Below, piece after piece: positions 47,962 to 59,458 of a DNA stretch of 64,000 nt. Origin of the DNA: an uncultured Ruminococcus sp. (lineage in GTDB: Bacteria > Bacillota > Clostridia > Oscillospirales > CAG-382); contig CAZJVB010000003.1 of NCBI GenBank assembly GCA_964549435.1, positions 21,722-85,721 of the forward strand. Direction: 5' to 3'. The position numbers were made by a program, and so were the translations under genes. The stretch's first letter is position 1. Each line of letters opens with the position of its first letter. The notes beneath the pieces were generated by a model that saw only the letters and a program-made list of their open reading frames with translations, made no database searches and had not been told where the DNA came from.

Positions 47962-49068
47962 ATGCAGATCAAAAAGCTTGCGCTCTGTCAGTTTAAAAAT
48001 GCGGTAGAAGAAACGTTATCCTTTTCCGAAGGCATCAACGTGATCTGCGGAGAAAACGCGTCCGGAAAAACCAATCTGCTGGAAGCCATCTTCTTTTTTG
48101 CAGCCGGAAAATCCTTCCGGGGTTGTAAGGATCGCGATTTAATCCGGTTTGGAGAGGAAAAAGCGAGTTTGGAACTGTTGTTTGAAAGCGGAGACGGCAG
48201 GCTGGAAACAAAAATGGGATTGCTGCTTGCAAAAAATCAGAAACGACAGATCACGGTCGGCGGAGTGCGCGTACAGCGGTTGGCGGAATATTTGGGATTG
48301 TTCCGTGCGGTTATCTTTACACCGGATCACTTGCATCTGGTAAAGGGGGCTCCGGAGTGCAGACGGCGGTTTTTGGATCTGGCAATCTGTCAGTCCTTTC
48401 CGCGATACGCCGCGTCGCTCAATGAATATGGCAGGCTGTTAATGCAGAAAAATGCGCTGTTAAAAACAGGTGTGCCGGATAAACAGCTGTTGGAGGTCTA
48501 CCATGAGCGGATGGCAGCACTGGCAGCCGTTATCACGCTGAACCGGTCGCGTTATCTCGAAAATTTACAGGAAGCCGCAGCGGTCTATCAGAAGGAAATG
48601 TCCGGCGGTACGGAAACGTTGGAGCTGAAATACAGTTCACAGGGAAGTCCAAGAGAAGGAAGCAGCATGGAAGAGCTGCGGGAGGCTTACCGAAATGTCT
48701 TTGCCGGTCATTTGGAAACGGAGATCAGAAAAGGCACGGCACTGTCCGGTCCGCAGAAGGATGATTTTTCGGTACTGATCAATCAAAAAAATGCACGGCT
48801 GTTCGGATCGCAGGGACAGCAACGGTCAGCAGTTCTGTCTCTAAAGCTGGCGGAAGGGGAGTTATCCCGTCGGCTGACTGGGGAATATCCGGTGTTTCTG
48901 CTGGACGATATCCTGTCTGAATTGGATCAGAATCGCCGCTCCTATATTCTTTCGCGCATTTCCGGTAAACAGGTGATCCTGACCGGCTGTGAACCGGAGC
49001 TTACCGGCTATCAGACGGGAAACCGGATCATGGTGACAAACGGGAAAGCGAGTGTGGTAACCGGGTGA
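47962..49068 (+). CDS. recF: DNA replication/repair protein RecF
   Basis: GENASGKTNLLEA, SQGQQRS, LLDDILSELD. Confidence 0.96.
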   Translation: MQIKKLALCQFKNAVEETLSFSEGINVICGENASGKTNLLEAIFFFAAGKSFRGCKDRDLIRFGEEKASLELLFESGDGRLETKMGLLLAKNQKRQITVGGVRVQRLAEYLGLFRAVIFTPDHLHLVKGAPECRRRFLDLAICQSFPRYAASLNEYGRLLMQKNALLKTGVPDKQLLEVYHERMAALAAVITLNRSRYLENLQEAAAVYQKEMSGGTETLELKYSSQGSPREGSSMEELREAYRNVFAGHLETEIRKGTALSGPQKDDFSVLINQKNARLFGSQGQQRSAVLSLKLAEGELSRRLTGEYPVFLLDDILSELDQNRRSYILSRISGKQVILTGCEPELTGYQTGNRIMVTNGKASVVTG

Positions 49069-49349
49069 ACGGACATCGGTTATTTTTACGGCTGGAAGGC
49101 GGAGAATCCGTCGTCTGCGAGGATGTGATCGGCGTTTTTGATATGGAGAACGCAACGACAGAAGCTGCGACAAGGGAATTTTTGAAAAAATCGCAGAGAG
49201 AATTGCAGGTAGTCAGTCTTGCCTCCGATCTGCCACGCAGCTTTGTGGTGGTCAGAGAAGCATACGGAAGCCGCGTTTATATCAGCGGGCTTTCGTCGGA
49301 AACCATTGTCAGGCGGATGACAGATCCTGTGGAGAAAAATGAAGGATAG
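49065..49349 (+). CDS. remB: RemB/YaaB (DUF370-like) protein
   Basis: DVIGVFD, PRSFVV, VYISGLSSETI; lies between recF and gyrB. Confidence 0.75.
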   Translation: MNGHRLFLRLEGGESVVCEDVIGVFDMENATTEAATREFLKKSQRELQVVSLASDLPRSFVVVREAYGSRVYISGLSSETIVRRMTDPVEKNEG

Positions 49350-49368
49350 CGTGGACAAAGCGATATAG

Positions 49369-51336
<1,968 letters not shown>

Positions 51337-51366
51337 TGACAGCGTATCAGAAAGGTGTGAACAGAG

Positions 51367-53862
51367 ATGTCTGAACAGGAATACGATTACAGCTCCCATG
51401 AGGAGCAAACGATTAAGGATATCCGCATAGAGGATGAAATCAAAACCGCATATATCGATTACGCGATGTCGGTCATCGTTGCACGTGCGCTGCCGGACGT
51501 TCGCGACGGTCTGAAGCCGGTACACAGACGTGTGCTGTATGCGATGTATGAGGATCATCTGACCTACGATAAGCCCACCCGGAAGTCTGCGACCACGGTC
51601 GGTGACGTGCTCGGTCGATATCATCCGCACGGTGATACTGCCGTTTATGATACGATGGTAAGGTTGGCACAGCCATTTTCACTGCGGTATCCGCTGATTG
51701 ACGGGCAGGGAAACTTCGGCAATATTGACGGCGATCCGCCGGCTGCATACCGTTATACAGAAGCCAGAATGTCTAAAATCGCGGACGAAATGCTGGCGGA
51801 TATCGATAAGGAAGTCGTAAACTTCGATCCGAACTTCGATAATACCCGCAAGGAACCGCAGGTACTTCCCGCCCGCTTTCCGAATCTGCTGGTCAACGGC
51901 TCGGTCGGCATTGCGGTCGGCATGGCAACCAATATTCCGCCGCATAATATGCGGGAGGTCTGCGCCGCCTGCTCTTATCTGATCGATCATCCGGACTGTA
52001 CGGTTCCGGAGCTGATGCAGTATATCAAGGGACCGGATTTTCCGACCTATGGCACCATTTACGGTACCGCCGGTATTTATGAGGCATACATGACCGGCCG
52101 TGGGCATATCAAGGTGCGCGCCAAGGCACATTTTGAGGAAAAGAAGGGACGTACGGCGATCATCGTCACTGAACTGCCGTATCAGGTCAACCGTTCTTTG
52201 CTGCTGGAAAATATGGTAACGCTGGTTAAGAATAAGAAGATTGAAGGGATCAGCGACATCCGTAACGAATCCGGCAGAAAGGGGATGCGGATCGTTATCG
52301 AGGTAAAAAAGGATGCCAATCCGCAGATCGTCCTAAATTTGCTGTATAAATATACACAAATGGAGGATACTTGCGGGGTAAATATGCTGGCGCTGGTCAA
52401 TGGCGAACCGAAGGTATTGAACCTTAAGCAGATCCTGACCTATTATGTTCGCCACCGGGAAAACGTCATTACCCGCCGCACCCAGTTTGAGCTGGCAAAG
52501 GCGGAGCGGGAGGCGCATATCTTCGAGGGCTATAAAATCGCTATTGATAACATAGACGAAGTGGTACATATCATTCGTTCCTCCTCCAGCGTACCGGATG
52601 CTAAGCAGAACCTGATGAACCGCTTTGCACTGACGGATATACAGGCGCAGGCGATCGTGGAAATGACGCTGGGCAAGCTGACCGGGCTGGAGCGCCAGAA
52701 GATTGAGGATCGGTTGGAAGCGCTGTATGCGCTGATCAAAGATTTAAAAGATATTCTGGCGGATGAAAGTCGGATTACAGCGATCATCAAGGAAGATTTG
52801 GAGGAAATGGCAACCCGCTACGGAGATGCACGCAGAACGGACATCGTCGAAGTGGAAAACGAGATCCTGATTGAGGATCTGATCGAAAAACAGGATTGTG
52901 TGATCACTGTAACCAATGACGGATATGTCAAGCGGCTGCCTGCGGCAACCTATGCTTCCCAGCGGCGAGGCGGAAAGGGCATCACCGCAATGGGAACAAA
53001 GGAGGAGGATTTTGTCAGGGATGTGTTTGTCTCATACAGTCACGATACCCTGCTGCTGTTCTCTGATAAAGGGCGGATGTACGCCAAAAAGTGCTATGAA
53101 ATCCCGGAGGCGGGGCGTGCGGCCAAGGGAACGAATCTGGTCAATGTGCTGCAGCTTTCCGAAGGGGAACAGATCACGGCAGGTATTGCGATCCGGGAAT
53201 TTACAGAACATGAATTTCTTGTCTTTGTCACCCGCAAGGGTGTCATCAAGCGTGTCGCTCTGACAGAATATCGCTCCCGCAGACAAAGCGGGCTGTTTGC
53301 GATCAACCTTGACGAGGACGATCTGTTGCTTTATGTTGCAAAAACCAGCGGCAGCGACCACATTCTTTGCGCTACACACGAAGGTGTCTGCATTCGGTTT
53401 GCAGAAACGGATGCACGGTGTATGGGACGGCAAGCGCGCGGCGTGGGAGCGATCACTCTGCGGGACGGTGACTATCTTGTCGGTGCCTGTGTGATTCCGG
53501 GAGGCGTCAACGATCCTTCGCGTAAGGTGTTGACTGTCACAGAAGGCGGCTACGGAAAGCGTACCGAATGTGAAGATTTCCCCGTACAGCACCGGTATGG
53601 CATGGGCGTGCGCTGCCACGCTGTAGGAAACCGCACCGGACTGTTGGCAGGCATTGCATTGGCAAAGGAAATGGACGACATCATGATGATTACAGATGGC
53701 GGGATGATCGTCCGGACCGCCGTAAGCGAAATTCCTGTTTACGGACGGTCTACCGGCGGGGTGATTGTGATGCGGCTTGCGGATGGAGCAAAGCTGATCA
53801 GCTTTGATGTGACTGCAAGGGCAGAAGAAGCCTCAGCCGAAGAAACGCCGGCAGAGGAATGA
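51367..53862 (+). CDS. gyrA: DNA gyrase subunit A
   Basis: [22 protein letters not shown], GyrA box QRRGGKG. Confidence 0.97.
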   Translation: MSEQEYDYSSHEEQTIKDIRIEDEIKTAYIDYAMSVIVARALPDVRDGLKPVHRRVLYAMYEDHLTYDKPTRKSATTVGDVLGRYHPHGDTAVYDTMVRLAQPFSLRYPLIDGQGNFGNIDGDPPAAYRYTEARMSKIADEMLADIDKEVVNFDPNFDNTRKEPQVLPARFPNLLVNGSVGIAVGMATNIPPHNMREVCAACSYLIDHPDCTVPELMQYIKGPDFPTYGTIYGTAGIYEAYMTGRGHIKVRAKAHFEEKKGRTAIIVTELPYQVNRSLLLENMVTLVKNKKIEGISDIRNESGRKGMRIVIEVKKDANPQIVLNLLYKYTQMEDTCGVNMLALVNGEPKVLNLKQILTYYVRHRENVITRRTQFELAKAEREAHIFEGYKIAIDNIDEVVHIIRSSSSVPDAKQNLMNRFALTDIQAQAIVEMTLGKLTGLERQKIEDRLEALYALIKDLKDILADESRITAIIKEDLEEMATRYGDARRTDIVEVENEILIEDLIEKQDCVITVTNDGYVKRLPAATYASQRRGGKGITAMGTKEEDFVRDVFVSYSHDTLLLFSDKGRMYAKKCYEIPEAGRAAKGTNLVNVLQLSEGEQITAGIAIREFTEHEFLVFVTRKGVIKRVALTEYRSRRQSGLFAINLDEDDLLLYVAKTSGSDHILCATHEGVCIRFAETDARCMGRQARGVGAITLRDGDYLVGACVIPGGVNDPSRKVLTVTEGGYGKRTECEDFPVQHRYGMGVRCHAVGNRTGLLAGIALAKEMDDIMMITDGGMIVRTAVSEIPVYGRSTGGVIVMRLADGAKLISFDVTARAEEASAEETPAEE

Positions 53863-53960
53863 GAAAGAAAGGGCGGGACTGCTTTTGCATCGTATGATCT
53901 CCGCTTCCATGAGGAAGCGTTGCTTTCCCCTGCTTACAAAAAACGCATCATAAAAAGAGG

Positions 53961-53991
53961 CGCACCTCCCGTTAAAGGGAGGTGCGTTTTT
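53961..53991 (+). terminator. Terminator after gyrA, overlapping the aroQ 3' end
   Basis: cgcacctccc-gttaaa-gggaggtgcg-ttttt. Confidence 0.7.
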
Positions 53992-54430
53992 CTGTTGCTT
54001 CCGCAAGCGTTTGTTTCAGATAGCGGATAGCTTTTGCATAGCCTTCAAAACCGAGCCCCTGAAAGGTGGCGATGCAACAGGGCGTGATGAAGTTGACCTT
54101 GCGGTAGTCCTCCCGCGAGGTTGTATCCGTCAGATGTACCTCGACGGTTGGAAGAGAAACCGCAAGCAATGCGTCGTGAATGGCAACGCTGGTGTGCGTA
54201 TAAGCCGCCGGATTGAATACGATACCGTCAAAAACGCCGTATGCCTGTTGGATCCGGTCCACCAAATCCCCCTCGTGGTTGGATTGATAGCATGAAAAAT
54301 CCACCTGCTCCTCCTCGCAGACCTGCCGCACAAACTCCAGCAGCGCATGGTAGGATTGCTTCCCGTAGATTGCAGGCTCGCGCATGCCGAGAAGATTGAG
54401 ATTCGGACCGTTCAGAATCAATACTTTCAT
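53972..54430 (-). CDS. aroQ: Type II 3-dehydroquinate dehydratase
   Basis: NGPNLNLLG.REP..YG, QSNHEG, NPAAYTHTS, VEVH. Confidence 0.95.
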   Translation of the reverse strand: MKVLILNGPNLNLLGMREPAIYGKQSYHALLEFVRQVCEEEQVDFSCYQSNHEGDLVDRIQQAYGVFDGIVFNPAAYTHTSVAIHDALLAVSLPTVEVHLTDTTSREDYRKVNFITPCCIATFQGLGFEGYAKAIRYLKQTLAEATEKRTSL

Positions 54431-54443
54431 ATGAGGTCCTCCG

Positions 54444-54743
54444 TTACCTTGGTAAGAGAATGGTACGTTTCTCCGGATCGGACGCAGGTCTGTATAGCGA
54501 TATCTTCCTGCCGATGACCTGTACGGGATCGCATCCGAGCGCGGTGCAAAGCGCGTCGCACACCTCGCGCGGTGAAGCGGGACAGGTTTCCAGCACGGTC
54601 AGCTTGACCAGCTCGTGCGCCTCCAGCGCATCGGAAACGGTTTTGATCAGCGTATCGATAACGCCGTTTTTTCCGACCTGTGTGACCGGAATCAGCGTTG
54701 CGGCGCGTGCGCGCAGAAAAGCGCGTTGTTTTGTAGTAATCAT
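54444..54743 (-). CDS. yhbY: YhbY/CRM-domain RNA-binding protein
   Basis: KQRAFLR, QVGKNG, HELVK, QVIGRK..LYR. Confidence 0.9.
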   Translation of the reverse strand: MITTKQRAFLRARAATLIPVTQVGKNGVIDTLIKTVSDALEAHELVKLTVLETCPASPREVCDALCTALGCDPVQVIGRKISLYRPASDPEKRTILLPR

Positions 54744-55552
54744 AGGTAAGACGTTTCCTCTCCTTTTTCGGGTTTTGTCTGAGGGAAAGATTGTTTTCTT
54801 CCTCTTTGGTGTGTCGTAAAACCATCGATGCCGGCACGCTCTATCGCGCCAAACAGGCGGTCCTTCAGTCCGGGGTCCTTTCGCTCGGCGTCCAGCAGAA
54901 GCTGCTTGACTTCCTCTCGTTTGGTATATCCGTCCGCAGGGCAATACTTTGGAGACGGCTGTATGCCTGCGGCGCTGACAAATCGCCGCAGCTCCTGTTC
55001 CTTCACGTAAAGCAGGGGACGGATCATGGTCACCTGCGAGCGATCCAGATAGGTCACCGGTGAAAAACAGCCGATGCGGCCGTCCCAGAACAGGTTCATC
55101 AGCAGCGTTTCTACAGCGTCGTCAAAATGATGTCCCAACGCGATTTTTCCGCAGCCCTGTTCCTTGGCGGTGCTGTAAAGGATGCCGCGGCGGAGATTGG
55201 CGCAGAGAGAGCAAGGGTTTTTTTCTTTGCGGATGTGAAATACCACCTCAAATATGTCGGTCGGAACCTCCAACAGAGGGAGGGAAAGCGCGTCACAGAG
55301 TGCGCGGATGTTGCCGCTGTCCGCGCCGGGAAACCCCATGCGCAGATGGATAGGGACAAGTGTAAACGGATGCGGATAAAAACGCTGCAGGCCGACCAGT
55401 GCGGCGAGCAGGGCAAGGCTGTCCTTGCCGCCGGAAATTCCCACCGCGATCCGGTCGCCGGGACATATCATGCCGTAATCATCTACTGCGCGACGAACGG
55501 AGGAGAGCAAGCGCTGGTAGGCGGGGGTATTCAACCGGATGCACTGCTGCAT
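54740..55552 (-). CDS. ttcA: tRNA 2-thiocytidine biosynthesis TtcA-family protein
   Basis: SGGKDS PP-loop, CSLC, GHHFDD, IRPL. Confidence 0.85.
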   Translation of the reverse strand: MQQCIRLNTPAYQRLLSSVRRAVDDYGMICPGDRIAVGISGGKDSLALLAALVGLQRFYPHPFTLVPIHLRMGFPGADSGNIRALCDALSLPLLEVPTDIFEVVFHIRKEKNPCSLCANLRRGILYSTAKEQGCGKIALGHHFDDAVETLLMNLFWDGRIGCFSPVTYLDRSQVTMIRPLLYVKEQELRRFVSAAGIQPSPKYCPADGYTKREEVKQLLLDAERKDPGLKDRLFGAIERAGIDGFTTHQRGRKQSFPQTKPEKGEETSYL

Positions 55553-56196
55553 AAGGCACGCTCCTCCTCTTGCACATGTACGCAGACCTCCCGCAGGACG
55601 CATGCAGCGCATTGCGGCCGACGGGCGATGCAAACATCCCGTCCGTACTGAACCAGCCGGTGACAGAAAGCGCTCTGTTGATTCTTCGGCACCAAGGGAT
55701 CCAATGTTAGCTCGACCTTACGCGGATCGGTCGAGTGAACAAAGCCGAGCAGATTGGTTATGCGGATGCAATGCGTATCCGCGACAATGCCGCCCAGTCC
55801 GAAAACATCTCCGCGGATTAGATTAGCGACCTTGCGGCCGACTCCTGCCAGCGAAAGCAGATCCTCCATAGCGGAAGGGACCGTTCCGCCGTACACCTCC
55901 GTGATACGCTTTGCGCAAAGGGATAGGTTTTTTGCTTTGGCATGGTAAAGCCCGCAGGTACGAATCAGAGACTCGAGCTCTGTAATCTCTCCCTCTGCCA
56001 TGGAAGAGGCGTCCGGGAAGCGGTCAAACAACCCGACGGATACCAAATTGACCCTTGCATCCGTGCATTGAGCGGACAGAATCGCCATGACAAGTAGACG
56101 GAAGGGATCTCCGTCGGCCTGCAGTGCGCATTTTGAATTCGGATAATAGGCTTCCAATCGGCGGATGACCTCCGCCATACGTTCCTGTTCATTCAT
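55531..56196 (-). CDS. nth: Endonuclease III
   Basis: LSAQCTD, HhH LAGVGRKVAN, DTH, C-x6-C-x2-C-x5-C cluster. Confidence 0.95.
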   Translation of the reverse strand: MNEQERMAEVIRRLEAYYPNSKCALQADGDPFRLLVMAILSAQCTDARVNLVSVGLFDRFPDASSMAEGEITELESLIRTCGLYHAKAKNLSLCAKRITEVYGGTVPSAMEDLLSLAGVGRKVANLIRGDVFGLGGIVADTHCIRITNLLGFVHSTDPRKVELTLDPLVPKNQQSAFCHRLVQYGRDVCIARRPQCAACVLREVCVHVQEEERALCSSASG

Positions 56197-56737
56197 CGAA
56201 AATATAGTTCACGTCTCCGGAAAGGAGCGAGAGAACCCCTCGGTAGATGATATCCGCGCGGTCGTCGAAATTTTCCCGCAGCTGCTCGGCGTATGCGCGG
56301 TCGCTTAAAAAGACGGAGGTTTCAAACAGCATTTTCTGCTCGTCGGCAATGGTACAGGTCAGTGTCCAGCCTCCGCCGGTTGGCTTCAGCGTGCTGAACT
56401 GACGAACGCCGTCCCGTTTGAAGGCGAGCACACGCATGGCGTGGCGGAAGGCTTTGTCCTTGACGTCGGAAAGCATTTCGTGCTCGTAAGTTTCCAGAAT
56501 GGAACGCCCCTGCTCCGTAATCCTATAGAGTGGTTCGCCGTCCGGCGTGCGGGCAGGGGAGGCGATCTGTCCTTTTTCCAGCAGGTCGCTGAACGCGGCG
56601 GCAAAGTCAAAATAATTGATCAGACCGTCCTGCAGTACCATGTCGTTGATGGTGGTGAATTCGACAGCTTCCTCAATATTGCCGAGAATGTACAGAATGA
56701 AGATTTTTGCCTGATTGCTGATCTCTCTTTCGTCCAA
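56189..56737 (-). CDS. DUF4364 family winged-helix protein
   Basis: KIFILYIL, INYF, YRITEQG pattern typical of this clostridial family. Confidence 0.7.
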   Translation of the reverse strand: MDEREISNQAKIFILYILGNIEEAVEFTTINDMVLQDGLINYFDFAAAFSDLLEKGQIASPARTPDGEPLYRITEQGRSILETYEHEMLSDVKDKAFRHAMRVLAFKRDGVRQFSTLKPTGGGWTLTCTIADEQKMLFETSVFLSDRAYAEQLRENFDDRADIIYRGVLSLLSGDVNYIFDE

Positions 56738-56845
56738 GGCAGCATGCCCCTCCTTCGTTCGCGCAAATGACGCATATTTCGTCGTTTCACTTTATTATAA
56801 ATGATTTTGTTCTTTTTTTCAATATGATTCGGACAAAAGTTTTGC

Positions 56846-56873
56846 TTGCATTGCGTGGAAAATATGGTATAAT
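56846..56873 (+). promoter_or_regulatory. sigmaA-type promoter upstream of the tandem repeat
   Basis: TTGCAT-16-TATAAT with extended TG. Confidence 0.6.
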
Positions 56874-56885
56874 AAAAGTGGAAGA

Positions 56886-57062
56886 AAAGCCGATTATATG
56901 AAAAAGCGTCAAATAAGGTATACCTAACCGGCTTCCTGAAAACAATCGAAAGCGATTGTTTTCCCGATGAATGGTAAGTCAAAAGAGTCGGTTATATGAA
57001 AAAGCGTCAAATGAGGCAATACTTAACCGGCTTCCTGAAAACAATCGAAAATGATTGTTTTC
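56886..57062. repeat. Tandem ~78-bp direct repeat (56886-56963, 56984-57062), each unit with two inverted repeats; candidate structured RNA or operator array
   Basis: Shared ttatatgaaaaagcgtcaaat and taaccggcttcctgaaaacaatcgaaa..gattgttttc blocks. Confidence 0.9.
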
Positions 57063-57083
57063 ACAAGGGATTTATGATATAAT
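57055..57083 (+). promoter_or_regulatory. Second promoter overlapping the end of repeat unit 2
   Basis: TTGTTT-17-TATAAT with extended TG. Confidence 0.5.
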
Positions 57084-57154
57084 AAAAAATCAGGCAAACG
57101 CTGTCCCGGAAGCATGCGGGAGCAGCAGAAAAAATCAGCGGGAGGGGCTTCTTT

Positions 57155-58402
57155 ATGGTGCTGACTTATCCGGGAGGAGTGTTTCTCCCGAAACGAACGG
57201 ATGCTTTGAAGCATACAAAGATCTTTACGGCTGCGGATGTAGGGGAGGTATACCTTTCTCTGGGAGACGCCGGATACACGGTTTCCTGTAAAGAAGGCGC
57301 CGCAGTGCGTGTGGGGACGCTGTTGGCGGAACTGCAGGACGGTACGCCGGTCTATGCTTCGATGCCCGGCATCTTCGAAGGAGTGTTTGAGAATCACGGC
57401 GTCCACTATGCAAAAGTGACCGCTTCGGCGCAATCCGCAGACCAACAACCGCTTGCTGTCCGACTGCCGGAGCAGAAGAAATTAGGAGAGCTGACCGGTC
57501 AGGAGCTGCTGGAAGCGGCTAAAATGTTGGGAATCTGGGATTTTCAGGGCGGAGATTGGCTTTGGAGGCGTGCTGCCGCAGCGCTTGGGAAAACGCGGCG
57601 GGTGGTGGTAGATCTGACCGATCCGAACGGCTGGTCCTTTACCGGGTATCGGACGGCGTTGCGCGCGCCCGGTGATATCCTGAGCGGTGCTAAGGTATTG
57701 CTGCATCTGCTCGGTGCAACCAAGATCATTCTGGTAGTAAACCGTGAGCACCGCAAGGTAACGGAGGTGCTCCGTACACTAATCAATGATCCCGCACTGG
57801 TGATTCTTGCCGAGGTGGAGGGCAAATATCCGCTGCGTGAGGAAACGCTTTACGAAGCGCTCTATGCGAAGCGGCTTCCGCGAGGCAGGAGCGCGCAGGA
57901 CGAGGGGGTATTTCTTGTACGCGGGCAGACGGCGGAGGCGCTGTATCGGTCGCTTTTGACCGGTGTGCCGCATCTGACGCGCTGGGTATCTGCTGCCGGC
58001 GAGGGATTCGGTCTGCCGGCGGTCTTTCGCGTCCCATTCGGAACGACGTGGAAGCGGATTTTGGAGCTTTGCAGCTTCAAGGGGGGCGCATATGAGGTGC
58101 GATTGGACTCGACACTGAACGGGCTGCCTGCGGAGGGAGTGCTGGGCGGCGGGACCGAAAGTGTTTTAGCGGCGATGCCGGCTGTCAGAGCAGCGGAGCA
58201 TTGCATTTCCTGCGGCAGGTGTGCAGAGGTTTGTCCGATGCGGCTTTTGCCGTACCGCATTCTGCGGGAGAAAGATTACCGCGCAGTCAAGGCGCTCGCG
58301 GCCGTATGCTTTGACTGCGGATGTTGTGAATATATTTGTCCCTCTTCTCTGCCGCTGCGGGAATTGATCGCCCGTCATCGGGGCGGCAAAGAAGATGCAT
58401 AG
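57155..58402 (+). CDS. Divergent RnfC-like iron-sulfur protein
   Basis: N-terminal sandwich barrel-hybrid (PVYASMPG), KYP, VPFGT SLBB, CISCGRCAEVCPMRLLP and CFDCGCCEYICPSSLPL. Confidence 0.8.
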   Translation: MVLTYPGGVFLPKRTDALKHTKIFTAADVGEVYLSLGDAGYTVSCKEGAAVRVGTLLAELQDGTPVYASMPGIFEGVFENHGVHYAKVTASAQSADQQPLAVRLPEQKKLGELTGQELLEAAKMLGIWDFQGGDWLWRRAAAALGKTRRVVVDLTDPNGWSFTGYRTALRAPGDILSGAKVLLHLLGATKIILVVNREHRKVTEVLRTLINDPALVILAEVEGKYPLREETLYEALYAKRLPRGRSAQDEGVFLVRGQTAEALYRSLLTGVPHLTRWVSAAGEGFGLPAVFRVPFGTTWKRILELCSFKGGAYEVRLDSTLNGLPAEGVLGGGTESVLAAMPAVRAAEHCISCGRCAEVCPMRLLPYRILREKDYRAVKALAAVCFDCGCCEYICPSSLPLRELIARHRGGKEDA

Positions 58403-58453
58403 ACCGTAAATGACAGACGGTTCAGAATCAGGAACGGAAAAGGTGGGTCCCTT

Positions 58454-59458
58454 ATGTTTGTTCGAACTCCGCGGAACAAAACCGCATTGTCTTTCGATTT
58501 CGCCATTGCGCTGCTGCCGGCAGCTGTCTGGTCGGTTTTCCTTTACGGCGGAAGAGCTGCTATGCTTCTTCTTCTTTGTGGTTTATGCTGCTCGATTTTG
58601 GATTTTCCGATTCAAAGATTTTTGCTCCGCCGAAAGGGAAAACAGGCGTTTTCGCCGTTTGCTTTTTTAACCGGTGTGCTGACGGCGTTTTGGTTTCCGG
58701 TCACAGTTCCGCTTTGGTTAGCGATGCTGGCGGCGGTGCCGGTGACTGTCTGTCGTGCATTTTTCGGATATTTCGGACATCGCTTGTGTAATTCCTCGGT
58801 ATTTTCCGCGTTGGTGCTGCACCTTGCGTTTCCGCAATATATGGAGCGGTATACCAAGCCGTTTGCTTATTTTTCCGCATGGGAAATGACGCCGAACCCT
58901 GCGCTGGTGGAGGCGTATCGTGTGCGTACGCCGCTGGATATTCTGCAATCGGGAATGCTGTACGAGGACGGAATCGCGGCGCAGCTGTACGGTTTTGCCT
59001 CCGGAGCGATCGGCGCGGTAGCGGTTGCCTGTCTGCTGCTTGGCGGGATTTGGCTGTTGGTGCGCAGAGTGCTGTCCCTGCGTGCAACGGGGGCGTTTCT
59101 GCTGGTAATACTGGTGCTGGCGATGGCGTTTGCACCGGAGGATGCGGAAATGCTGAACTATGCATGGCTGTATCTGTTATCCGGCGGCATTGCGCTTGCC
59201 GCGATCTTTGCGATGAATGATCCTGCTACGCTGCCGCGCACGCCGAACGGAAAGTTGCTGTTTGGCGCTCTTGCGGGGGGGCTGACGGTGCTGTTCCGTT
59301 GGTTGTCTGGCGGGGAAGGCGTGCTTGCCGCTGTTTTGCTTGCGGATCTTGCGACGCCGCTGCTGGAGAGGGTGACGCGCCCGTACGACTATTATCAAAC
59401 GGGAAAACGGACAAAACCGTCCCGTAAAAAGGCAGAGAAGGCGCAGGAATCCGTATGA
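58454..59458 (+). CDS. Divergent RnfD-like membrane subunit
   Basis: IALLPA..SVFLYG, TPL, GAIG, FAMNDPATLP.T..GK..FG, EGV..AVLL. Confidence 0.8.
   Translation: MFVRTPRNKTALSFDFAIALLPAAVWSVFLYGGRAAMLLLLCGLCCSILDFPIQRFLLRRKGKQAFSPFAFLTGVLTAFWFPVTVPLWLAMLAAVPVTVCRAFFGYFGHRLCNSSVFSALVLHLAFPQYMERYTKPFAYFSAWEMTPNPALVEAYRVRTPLDILQSGMLYEDGIAAQLYGFASGAIGAVAVACLLLGGIWLLVRRVLSLRATGAFLLVILVLAMAFAPEDAEMLNYAWLYLLSGGIALAAIFAMNDPATLPRTPNGKLLFGALAGGLTVLFRWLSGGEGVLAAVLLADLATPLLERVTRPYDYYQTGKRTKPSRKKAEKAQESV

Noticed and set aside
56886-57062. CRISPR array
   Set aside because: Only two long units with a ~20-nt gap, and no cas genes nearby.
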